Virus record (IMG/VR): IMGVR_UViG_3300035199_001057
Location: 25,131 to 89,130 of that record
Strand: one strand, 5' to 3'
Length of the DNA: 64,000 bases
From: a virus
The translations under genes were made by a program, and so were the position numbers. The notes below the pieces were generated by a model. It was given only the letters and a program-made list of their open reading frames with translations, was not told the origin of the DNA and did not search any database. The stretch's first letter is position 1, and each line of letters opens with the position of its first letter. Below, piece after piece: positions 48,288 to 56,251 of the stretch.

Positions 48288-49088
48288 TCATGTACAATGT
48301 TCAGTTTTATAGTATTCGCATATGCCAAATCTGCCATGACAAGAAAGCTTGTTTTTAACAAAATTGGACTTCCTAATATTATAAAGCGCTTTGTTTAACA
48401 ATTTAAGAGCGTTTTGAATTTTTTTTGCTCCATTGGAAACTTCAAAGATCTCAACGAGATTCGATTTTGCTGTTCTTTTTAATAAAGCAAAATGGGTCTG
48501 TACATCTTTTAAAGCCATGTTATGCTTGGCGCACCAAAAATGCTTATACAGTGTTAGTTGATATGTAACCATTTTGTCTGTCTTACGCCGATTATCCCAA
48601 CCCCATGAACAGGTCTTCCAATCAATAATATGATACTTGTCATCTTTGGTTTTAATAATCAGGTCTATAAAGCCTTTAAATTTAAGATCTGTTTCCGGCA
48701 TTGATTCGTATAGTTCTTCTTCAACCGATATCAATTCAAAAGTCCCAAAAGTTTTTTTCAGCCCGGGCAAAATATAATCCGTCAAAGTCTCTCCTTGCAA
48801 GCGCATGCTAGCAATGAGATCTGCTCTAAACTCAATCGTGGTGTCCTCTGATTTAATCTGTTGAAGGTTTTTTAAGAACTCCTTTTGAAACATTTCTTTA
48901 GGATCGAAAGCAGGGACCGAGGCACCACTGTGTTCTTTAACCATATTTTCGCATACAGTGTGGAGGGCTGTACCAAAAGCAGTAAACTCGTTTCCCTTGA
49001 ACTCTTTACGTTTTTCAATATAATTGAGCTTATGCTTCCATGGGCATGTCACCCATTCTTTTAATGCGGAATATGATATGTGTGTCAT
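48288..49088 (-). CDS. PD-(D/E)XK nuclease, Cas4/AddB-like
   Basis: ISYS.L..W..CP, GTALH, GFIDL, IIDWKT, QL.LY, C-terminal C...CEY...C. Confidence 0.88.
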   Translation of the reverse strand: MTHISYSALKEWVTCPWKHKLNYIEKRKEFKGNEFTAFGTALHTVCENMVKEHSGASVPAFDPKEMFQKEFLKNLQQIKSEDTTIEFRADLIASMRLQGETLTDYILPGLKKTFGTFELISVEEELYESMPETDLKFKGFIDLIIKTKDDKYHIIDWKTCSWGWDNRRKTDKMVTYQLTLYKHFWCAKHNMALKDVQTHFALLKRTAKSNLVEIFEVSNGAKKIQNALKLLNKALYNIRKSNFVKNKLSCHGRFGICEYYKTEHCT

Positions 49089-49098
49089 GGGCTGCTCT

Positions 49099-49383
49099 CT
49101 AGCTACGTGGAGTTTTCTTAGAGGTTGAAGATGGAGGGGGAGAAGCTTTAGTTTTGACCTTTAGCGCAAAGATCCAGATCCCCGTTCTTTCTTTTTGAGT
49201 GGCGCCGTTATAAGCAGCCCCTTTTTTTAAAAGAGAAGCACCCTTGTAACGCGGGTGGTGCTTGGCCACCCAGCCAATAACATCTCGGGTGGAAATACTA
49301 GTTGAAGGCTCATGTAAGCGCGCTGCGTGGATAGTAGCGCTAACATATAGCCTTCCTTCTTTCTCTTTTGCTTTAAACTTCAT
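49099..49383 (-). CDS. Hypothetical basic protein
   Basis: 94 aa, AAGGA RBS, overlaps upstream gene. Confidence 0.6.
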   Translation of the reverse strand: MKFKAKEKEGRLYVSATIHAARLHEPSTSISTRDVIGWVAKHHPRYKGASLLKKGAAYNGATQKERTGIWIFALKVKTKASPPPSSTSKKTPRS

Positions 49384-50068
49384 TTTTTTCTTCCTTCTTG
49401 GTATTAACCAAGGCTTGAATTTTATTATATAATACTGGGCTAATGTCTTTCAACTTGCGCTGGTCTCCTAAAAAATAATGTTCGAACCCGTTAGCCCAAT
49501 ATTCTTTGAGGGCTGTAATCGCATAAGGAGAGTAAAACAACTCCGCGGTTAATCCCCTCAAGGAATCATATCCTAAATCTCTATAAAGGTACATATCAAA
49601 GCTTTTATCATATTCAGGGTTTAAAAAATATACCATGTTAGCGCGCTTTGAAGCGGGAAGTAAGTGATACAAGTGCTTCCTTTTTGCCAGGAATTCTCTC
49701 TCTAGACTTTCATCTCCGTAAATATCATCATAATTTCGCGCCTCCAGGGAGTGTGCGATTTCATGAACCACATCGTCTACCATATCTTCAGCATCGTCTT
49801 GATGATTGGAAATATATATAGTTCCGTCCTTATAGAGGGCATTAAAATGCTTGCCATTTTCAGAGAAGTCGTCAAATTCTCCTATATATATATTGTCAAA
49901 ATTATCAGCTAAAGATTGGGGAATTTTAGCCCCTAGGGTTGCCAATACCAAGTCTAGATCCACCTCCGACGAGAGAGGTTCCAGCACATAAACCGGTTTT
50001 CCAAAGACTGTGTTTTCCTTGAACTCCCGTTTGATCTTTTCATTGTTATCCTGAATGTGTTTTTTCAT
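49373..50068 (-). CDS. Putative zincin-like metallopeptidase
   Basis: VVHEIAHSLE (HExxH) and EYWANGFE; likely ATG at 50068. Confidence 0.65.
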   Translation of the reverse strand: MKKHIQDNNEKIKREFKENTVFGKPVYVLEPLSSEVDLDLVLATLGAKIPQSLADNFDNIYIGEFDDFSENGKHFNALYKDGTIYISNHQDDAEDMVDDVVHEIAHSLEARNYDDIYGDESLEREFLAKRKHLYHLLPASKRANMVYFLNPEYDKSFDMYLYRDLGYDSLRGLTAELFYSPYAITALKEYWANGFEHYFLGDQRKLKDISPVLYNKIQALVNTKKEEKNEV

Positions 50069-50327
50069 TATATTCTCTGAAAAGTTTTTCGCCTTCTTCA
50101 ACATCTGCCAATGCTTGTTGATAGCCGCGAATAAAGTTCTCCTCTGCGACAACCAAAAGAAACTCAGGAAACTCCTCAGCTATAGTCTTAATTATCATCT
50201 CGACGTTAACTTCCCCATTCTCTGGTTCTGTCTTTTCTCCCACATACGAAACGAGCCACTTTTTTAGCTCGGTATCCCCTTCCACTTTCTTTAAAAGGTC
50301 CGGGTTCTCATCATTATTATAACTCAT
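50046..50327 (-). CDS. Hypothetical protein
   Basis: GGAG RBS before ATG at 50327. Confidence 0.7.
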   Translation of the reverse strand: MSYNNDENPDLLKKVEGDTELKKWLVSYVGEKTEPENGEVNVEMIIKTIAEEFPEFLLVVAEENFIRGYQQALADVEEGEKLFREYNEKTHSG

Positions 50328-50375
50328 ATTTTTCTCCAAGTCAATATAAATATTATATTTATTTTTTTCTAATTT

Positions 50376-51689
50376 TTAAAGGATTTTTGCTGCGATTGAA
50401 GCGATCTTAGAACGTTCGCCCTTTACTAGGGCGATGTGGCCTGAAATTTCGTAAGATTTAAATTTTTCTACTGCGTGTGTGAGACCATTGGAGGTTTCAT
50501 CAATATAAACATTATCAATTTGTTCGATATCGCCGGTTAAAACTATTTTAGTGTTTTCGCCCACACGAGTAATAATGGTTTTCAATTCATGAGCAGTAAG
50601 ATTTTGAGCCTCGTCAATTATAATGAAAGCATTGGAAATTGATCGACCGCGGATATACGTAAGCGCCTCGACCTCAATCGTACCATCCGCCATATACATT
50701 TCAAGCGCAGCCTTATCATTTCCTAGCAAAAATTGAAGGTTGTCTTGTACTGGGGCCAGCCACGGAAGCATTTTTTCTTCTAGGGTACCCGGTAGAAAAC
50801 CAATATCCTTTCCTAGTGGTTGAATTGGCCGCGAAATCACAAGGCGTCGGTATGTCTCATTTTCCATAACTTGATGGAGGCCTGCTGCTATGGCTAATAA
50901 AGTCTTTCCTGAGCCGGCCTGGCCAACTAGTGTTACCACATCTATAGATTTGTCCTGCAGGAGGTCGAGGGCAAATATCTGCTCCTTGTTGCGTGGCTTG
51001 ACTCCCCAAAGTGGGTTCTGGATCCTTTCGTTGATACGACGAAGAGGCGTACTATACGTGATAAACCTTGCTAGCCCCGTTTTCTTTTCGTTTTGGTTGG
51101 ACACAAGCATTATAAATTGATTAGGTTGGAGGGCTAGATCTTCCTCTTCAATGAAGATGTCTTCCCCCGCGTAAAACCTATCAATAACAGGATCATCCAC
51201 TAAATGCTCTATATAGCCTGTGTATATGTGGCTCGTATCCTGGATCACCTGATCTGTAAGATAATCTTCGGTGGCTAATCCCAGCGCATCGCACTTTACC
51301 CGCATGTTAATATCGCGCGTAACTACAATAACCTTGGTGCGCGGGCGCGCACTCTTTTGGTTCAATGCCACCCCTATAATCTCGTTATCCGGAATATTAA
51401 GGTCCAAATCGGGCGGTAAATCATCGTTAACACATAATTTAACGTATAGCTTGCCGCGGCCAGCGCCCATTTTCACACCTTTATATAGGCTCCCAAATTC
51501 ACGAAGACTGTCTAAGCGGCGAATTACGGCGCGGGCATTAACACCAACGCTGTCTTGTCTTTTCTTGTGTCTATCTATTTCTTCTAGAACTTTCAAAGGA
51601 AGCACAACGTCGTTGCCGGCGAAGGCTCGAATGCTATTAGAATCAGTTAGGCACGTGCTTGTATCCAGAACATATATATTTTTTGCCAT
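50376..51689 (-). CDS. phoH: PhoH-family protein with N-terminal PIN domain (PhoH2)
   Basis: YVLDTS, VLEEID, DN.I, VTRDINMR; GQAGSGKT, GFLPG, RGRS, IDEAQN, GDIEQID; ATG at 51689 after GGAG. Confidence 0.93.
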   Translation of the reverse strand: MAKNIYVLDTSTCLTDSNSIRAFAGNDVVLPLKVLEEIDRHKKRQDSVGVNARAVIRRLDSLREFGSLYKGVKMGAGRGKLYVKLCVNDDLPPDLDLNIPDNEIIGVALNQKSARPRTKVIVVTRDINMRVKCDALGLATEDYLTDQVIQDTSHIYTGYIEHLVDDPVIDRFYAGEDIFIEEEDLALQPNQFIMLVSNQNEKKTGLARFITYSTPLRRINERIQNPLWGVKPRNKEQIFALDLLQDKSIDVVTLVGQAGSGKTLLAIAAGLHQVMENETYRRLVISRPIQPLGKDIGFLPGTLEEKMLPWLAPVQDNLQFLLGNDKAALEMYMADGTIEVEALTYIRGRSISNAFIIIDEAQNLTAHELKTIITRVGENTKIVLTGDIEQIDNVYIDETSNGLTHAVEKFKSYEISGHIALVKGERSKIASIAAKIL

Positions 51690-51704
51690 ATGGGACTCTC
51701 CAAG

Positions 51705-51712
51705 TAAATAGT
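51705..51712 (-). promoter_or_regulatory. Putative late-promoter motif ACTATTTA
   Basis: 16 nt upstream of the PhoH start. Confidence 0.5.
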
Positions 51713-51782
51713 TTTCTGTTTTTTTCTTCAAAAACAAAACAATTGTTTTTTTTTCTCATAGTTATTATAAGAGGGTCCCATT

Positions 51783-52574
51783 GTGATCGGAGGGAATACA
51801 AACATTAAACCAATAACATATTTATTATGCGTATTAATGTTTAGTATATTCTCCTGTGGCGCTACTGCCCCAAAAAACGTCGTCCTTGGCCAAGCGCGGC
51901 AATCCTTTTTATATCTAGAGAAAAAAGTGGTGCTTGAGCAATGCGGCGATCACCGGTGCCTTAAACAAGAACTAAATTCTATGGCCTCCGGTTTTGTCAT
52001 CAAAGCTACCCCCGATGGATCCTATGGAATAACAGCCGCGCATGTGTGCGATACTAGTCTTCCACAAACTTCCACCCCTATTAAGCATGTTTCTACATAT
52101 ACAGTAACGAGTCTTATGGGCGACGAGTACAAAGCTGTTGTCCTAGCTTCCGACATCAAAAATGATATATGTTTGATCTATATCAAGGGCCTCATCAATA
52201 TTCCTGTAATAAAAATATCTAATACAGAGCCCAAACCAGGCGATACCGTATATAATATTGGCGCGCCAAGGGGCATATATCAACCGAACATGGTCCCCAT
52301 GTTTGAGGGTGTGTATAATGGCAAAGCCAGCTTGTACGCATTTTATTCTTTGCCGGCAAACCCTGGAAGTAGCGGATCAATGATTCTCAACGAAAAGGGA
52401 GAACTAGTGGGGGTTCTCCATTCTGTGTATGTCAAATTCCCCCAAGTTGTTTTGTCAGCACGCTATGACGTCATACATGAGTTTATTCGCAAAAACATTA
52501 TCAAGTATGAGACTTATAAATCTGTAATGAGTGTCTTAGAACTGAAAGACGTTTTCGCCGCGCACAAACTATAG
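51783..52574 (+). CDS. Trypsin-like (S1) serine protease, probable lipoprotein
   Basis: ASGF, TAAHVC, DIC, G.PRG, PGSSGS; hydrophobic leader ending FSCG. Confidence 0.9.
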   Translation: MIGGNTNIKPITYLLCVLMFSIFSCGATAPKNVVLGQARQSFLYLEKKVVLEQCGDHRCLKQELNSMASGFVIKATPDGSYGITAAHVCDTSLPQTSTPIKHVSTYTVTSLMGDEYKAVVLASDIKNDICLIYIKGLINIPVIKISNTEPKPGDTVYNIGAPRGIYQPNMVPMFEGVYNGKASLYAFYSLPANPGSSGSMILNEKGELVGVLHSVYVKFPQVVLSARYDVIHEFIRKNIIKYETYKSVMSVLELKDVFAAHKL

Positions 52575-52576
52575 GT

Positions 52577-52909
52577 TTACTTTTTCCAAATAGACGTTCC
52601 CGCCTTATTATAAACAATGCGTATATGCTGATGGAGATACTTTGCCCTTAAATAATCTTTTGGGGCGGCCGCTCCGGAGAAGATGTCTTCGTCCATATGC
52701 CTGAAAAACATTTCGCAACAATTTTCAGTAAAAAGGTGAAAATCTTCTTTTTTGGGCGTAGGATAAGCCCGATAGACTCTTTGGAAGATTGGCTGTTTAT
52801 CAACATAGAAAGTAATGCGGTTGCCGGCTTGGAGTGGAACGTATTCGACCTTAATGGAGATTCCCGTAGGGTCGCATACATAATTTACTTCCCGGATATT
52901 TGTGCTCAT
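52577..52909 (-). CDS. Hypothetical protein
   Basis: 110 aa; overlaps GAPDH stop (ATGA). Confidence 0.6.
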   Translation of the reverse strand: MSTNIREVNYVCDPTGISIKVEYVPLQAGNRITFYVDKQPIFQRVYRAYPTPKKEDFHLFTENCCEMFFRHMDEDIFSGAAAPKDYLRAKYLHQHIRIVYNKAGTSIWKK

Positions 52910-53961
52910 ATAACAGTAAATAGATAGTCATCAAAAGATTTCATGTGCTCAATATAAGCGTCGCCACATAACCACCATAGCGCGGCAGAACAGCTACTAA
53001 GCAATGAATTGCCGTCTTGAGGGGTAAAACAAAATCCGGAAACAATAGTGTCACCTTGATAAGTAAGGGTGTGAAGGGAGGGGATAGAGACGACCGTGTG
53101 ATTGAATATTCTGCCATAATACCCGTGATCACGACCAAAAGAAAACACTCGATTTGCTGAAGTTTTGTGAGTTAGGGCTGTAAATTTATTGGCTTCGAAG
53201 GCCTTTGTGATGGACTCTACAGAGTGATGCCCTTTTATCCGCATGTTAAAACGAATAATATGCATATATTGAGTGTTAAGTTTCATGGCACTGGAAAACA
53301 GATTCATATGTTTTGTCATTGTCGCGAAAACATCTTGCGCATCTCGCGCGTGGTGTGTGCCAAAACTTTTATCTGAATGTTTGCCCACTTCTGGTGATGG
53401 TATAAAGGAGGTCTTTTGGCTGATATCATTGGCGCGCCTTATACACACAAAATCCGCTTTGACCAAATCTGTCTCGTTGGGCGCAATAGTTTTAACCAGG
53501 GAACATATATTATGGGTGTTACAACTTACAACCTGCACAAAATTTGAGTCCGAATCTTTTAATGCTTCGTCATTGATCCCAAAAGCATATGGAATTCCAA
53601 AATTCTTTTCGCTTCCCTGAGCTATGAAAACTTTTTCTGGGTATTTTACATAATGTTCTTTTTTGTGTTCGTTCCCAGCCGGTGTACAGTCAATCACAAC
53701 GTGCGCCGCTTTTAAAGCTGTCTGAAAATCGTATGCCACATCATGACCTAACTCTTTAAAAACTGGAATTAGCTCCTCATTTACAGCGAGTCTCGCCCCT
53801 CTTTTTATCAGACTATTAACTTTTGCCACTTCGTCCACTAAAGGGGTACGCTTGTGAAAGATCACATGTCCAATATTTAATTTTTTTCTAAAGTCTGCCA
53901 GAATTCCAATAAGCGGCTCACCAATGGTTCCGGTGCCGACAATTAAAATATTTTTGCGCAT
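52906..53961 (-). CDS. Archaeal-type (class II) glyceraldehyde-3-phosphate dehydrogenase-like protein
   Basis: IVGTGTIG, VIDCTP.G, IAQGSEK, VVSCNTH (catalytic Cys), RRAND, THHARD; ATG at 53961 after AGAGG. Confidence 0.8.
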   Translation of the reverse strand: MRKNILIVGTGTIGEPLIGILADFRKKLNIGHVIFHKRTPLVDEVAKVNSLIKRGARLAVNEELIPVFKELGHDVAYDFQTALKAAHVVIDCTPAGNEHKKEHYVKYPEKVFIAQGSEKNFGIPYAFGINDEALKDSDSNFVQVVSCNTHNICSLVKTIAPNETDLVKADFVCIRRANDISQKTSFIPSPEVGKHSDKSFGTHHARDAQDVFATMTKHMNLFSSAMKLNTQYMHIIRFNMRIKGHHSVESITKAFEANKFTALTHKTSANRVFSFGRDHGYYGRIFNHTVVSIPSLHTLTYQGDTIVSGFCFTPQDGNSLLSSCSAALWWLCGDAYIEHMKSFDDYLFTVI

Positions 53962-53969
53962 GCGACCTC

Positions 53970-54170
53970 TTATTTCTTCTTTTTCTTTTTGGCTTTTGGT
54001 TTCGGCTTTTCGTTCCATATCTTAACTCTATAATTGGATCCGCACTTGCCGCACCTCTTTATTTTAACCAAGTCGTTATCTGCCAACACTTCTTCCTTCT
54101 TTGCGGCGGCTTCTTCGTAAGATTCAAAAATACCGAGCGTTTTCCAGCTTTTAGTGGGAGTTTCTTCCAT
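53970..54170 (-). CDS. Small hypothetical protein with Lys-rich tail
   Basis: GAGGTG RBS; first gene after a sigma70 promoter. Confidence 0.7.
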   Translation of the reverse strand: MEETPTKSWKTLGIFESYEEAAAKKEEVLADNDLVKIKRCGKCGSNYRVKIWNEKPKPKAKKKKKK

Positions 54171-54197
54171 AATTCACCTCTATGGTTTGTTACGTAG

Positions 54198-54226
54198 ATT
54201 ATACAACATCTTTAATTTAAAGTTAA
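54198..54226 (-). promoter_or_regulatory. sigma70-type promoter TTAACT-17-TATAAT
   Basis: Minus strand TTAACT ttaaattaaagatgttg TATAAT in an intergenic gap. Confidence 0.7.
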
Positions 54227-54230
54227 GAAA

Positions 54231-55397
54231 TTACATTCCGCCTAAAAGCGTCATTGCAATTAAACCAGGGAGGGGCTCTTTTATATACACCCCTGAAAAC
54301 AAAGTTTCTGTGCGGCCGCCGACATAAGAAAAGGCGGCTTCAAGTTGATTACTGATAACTGGATCATTAGCCATCTCTGGAGTGGTAACTAAAAGTAACA
54401 CCCCCATTTTAGGCTGCCGAGTAGGCTTGGAGCACGGGGAAGCGTTTAAGCATCCTTGGAATACAGTGGATCCTAAGTCGGGTGCGCTGGGGTTTCTTAC
54501 TACGGTGCTTCCTAAGAGCATCCGGCCTGGGGTGGCAAGACATTTCTCTAAATCTTTTGAATCGAAAGCTTGGATGGGAGAAGCCTCCGTCGCCAGCTTA
54601 AGTACCTGCGCAAATAGTTTGGCAAAATTTAAATTGGCGGCCGGGTACATGTTCAGCATGCCAACTTTTCCCCGCAGAAGGTGAAGCTGCTTTTCGTTGT
54701 CGATAATTATATGAGGATCTTTTTTAACATCTTGGAGTACTTTATTTGAATTTGATTTAATCGTGGGATTTAAAAGCTCCTGCGCGGACGGTTTGCTTAT
54801 AATATATATAACTTTGCCGGTCGCCTCAATAGATGACAAATATCGATTTAAGGATTTATGAAGCTCATAAGAAGCGCTCCCGGTTCCACCGCCTCCGCCA
54901 ATCAGCACAAAAAGCCAATCAACTTTGCCAATACGAGTTCGTAACGCATGCTCAACTAAAGCGCTATTGTCGCCAAGTACTTGTTTTCCAAGCTTTATAT
55001 CTTTTCCAACGCCGTCTGCGCCGGGAATCAAAAGAAAATTCTCCGGAGCAACTCCATCTGGTTGATCTTTTTCTGTGGTGTTAATCAAAAGGGTTTTATT
55101 AAACCCTAAGTCAAGAAAAGCTTTGGCCATTTTGCCGCCACCACCGCCGATGCCCAAAAACGCACAATTAATTGCGCTTGGAGCCACGTTGGGGGCTAGC
55201 ATTTTTTCGTCAGGAGATGGATCATCGCTATAGGCTTCTGCGAAATCAAAGTCATCAAATCCTAAAGAATCTTCTTTAGGGAGGGACCAGCTTTCATCTT
55301 CTCGTATTGGTACAAGATGAGGCTCATCTGTCGTGGAAATTTCTTCCACCTCTTCTTCAATGTCTTCGTACTCCTCGATATCCCAATCGTCACTCAT
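54231..55397 (-). CDS. Tubulin/FtsZ-family GTPase with acidic N-terminal extension
   Basis: GIGGGGGKMA (T1), INT, GVGKD, GGGGGTGS (signature), IDNE, N..FA, FDSKD (T7-like). Confidence 0.9.
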   Translation of the reverse strand: MSDDWDIEEYEDIEEEVEEISTTDEPHLVPIREDESWSLPKEDSLGFDDFDFAEAYSDDPSPDEKMLAPNVAPSAINCAFLGIGGGGGKMAKAFLDLGFNKTLLINTTEKDQPDGVAPENFLLIPGADGVGKDIKLGKQVLGDNSALVEHALRTRIGKVDWLFVLIGGGGGTGSASYELHKSLNRYLSSIEATGKVIYIISKPSAQELLNPTIKSNSNKVLQDVKKDPHIIIDNEKQLHLLRGKVGMLNMYPAANLNFAKLFAQVLKLATEASPIQAFDSKDLEKCLATPGRMLLGSTVVRNPSAPDLGSTVFQGCLNASPCSKPTRQPKMGVLLLVTTPEMANDPVISNQLEAAFSYVGGRTETLFSGVYIKEPLPGLIAMTLLGGM

Positions 55398-55425
55398 GAT
55401 GATTTCTCCTGTGAATATGTTAATA

Positions 55426-55433
55426 TAAGTAGT
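55426..55433 (-). promoter_or_regulatory. Putative late-promoter motif ACTACTTA
   Basis: 29 nt upstream of the tubulin/FtsZ start (AGGAG RBS). Confidence 0.5.
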
Positions 55434-55461
55434 ATAAGGGGGGATAAAAAATAGTTAAAAA

Positions 55462-55816
55462 TGGTGGAGACGTTGGGAGTCGAACCCAAGTCCAAAAAGC
55501 AATACTGATCACGTCATTCACAAGAATAGATACAATTACCGCCGTTGTACCAACCACCTAATATCCTATCAGGGAATCCATTTACCGCTCTTAATGGCGT
55601 CGGCTGCCAAAAATATCTAGTCGTAAGGTGACTAAAAATCCCTTTTTACTGATTTTTTATAAGAAGGCAATCAGCAGCCCCCTGGTTATGCCGCTAAGGC
55701 GTAATCAAATTCAACGTTATCGTTGGCTTTTATAAAGGTTAAGTATTTTGGCTGTGATACTTACACAGTCTTGCACGTTAATCAGTCTCGTTCTCTGTCG
55801 AAGCCGTTTCGTCCCC
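55462..55816 (-). ncRNA. ssrA: tmRNA (one-piece, 355 nt), tag peptide ANDNVEFDYALAA
   Basis: 5' GGGGACG pairs with 3' CGTCTCC-ACCA (G3:U70 alanine identity); T-arm TTGGG-TTCGACT-CCCAA; tag ORF 55727-55686 GCC AAC GAT AAC GTT GAA TTT GAT TAC GCC TTA GCG GCA TAA. Confidence 0.96.
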
Positions 55817-56176
55817 ATTTCTTTCATTTTCAAAAAACGATTCAATATCGAATTTCTTAATTAGTTTTCTAAAATCAGTATAGTCAATTCCTAGGAATTT
55901 TGAACTTTCTTTTTTAGATCTACAGATACTCACCGCGGTTTTAAGTACAGCCTCCGAAGTTATAGCGCGCATAGAGTGCCATAACGGCATGCCATAATAT
56001 TTACCGCCCAGCGCCCTAGTTGAAAGCTCTAGTTTAATAGCTATAAGATCTTCTAAAGATAAATTGTTAATAGAGTTTAATACTTGTTTATTTAATTTAT
56101 CTTCTTTACTAAATTTGTTAATTATACTATAATTTTCATATAAACCATAGTATTTAGTTCTTTTCTTCCAAGTCAT
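55778..56176 (-). CDS. Fis-like HTH DNA-binding protein; 3' end overlaps the tmRNA
   Basis: AVSICRSKKESSKFLGIDYTDFRKLIKKFDI resembles the Fis/NtrC HTH_8 pattern. Confidence 0.7.
   Translation of the reverse strand: MTWKKRTKYYGLYENYSIINKFSKEDKLNKQVLNSINNLSLEDLIAIKLELSTRALGGKYYGMPLWHSMRAITSEAVLKTAVSICRSKKESSKFLGIDYTDFRKLIKKFDIESFFENERNGDETASTENETD
55858..55865 (-). promoter_or_regulatory. Putative late-promoter motif ACTAATTA upstream of tmRNA, inside the Fis-like gene
   Basis: 42 nt upstream of the tmRNA 5' end; coding location in AT-rich DNA lowers confidence. Confidence 0.4.
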
Positions 56177-56219
56177 ACTAAATAAGAGAAATACCTAATA
56201 ATACTAAGTATTTAGTTTG

Positions 56220-56248
56220 ATTATATCACATTTTGAGAATTAAGTAAA
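56220..56248 (-). promoter_or_regulatory. sigma70-type promoter TTTACT-17-TATAAT with extended -10 TG
   Basis: Minus strand TTTACT taattctcaaaatgtga TATAAT upstream of the Fis-like gene. Confidence 0.75.
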
Positions 56249-56251
56249 GGG

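Noticed and set aside
48288-49088. CRISPR-Cas system suggested by the Cas4-like nuclease
   Set aside because: No repeat-spacer array or other cas genes were seen. Solo Cas4-like nucleases are common in phages.
55462-55495. tRNA-Ala-like 3' end, or an attachment site
   Set aside because: It is the 3' part of the tmRNA. No anticodon arm, duplicate copy or integrase is seen.
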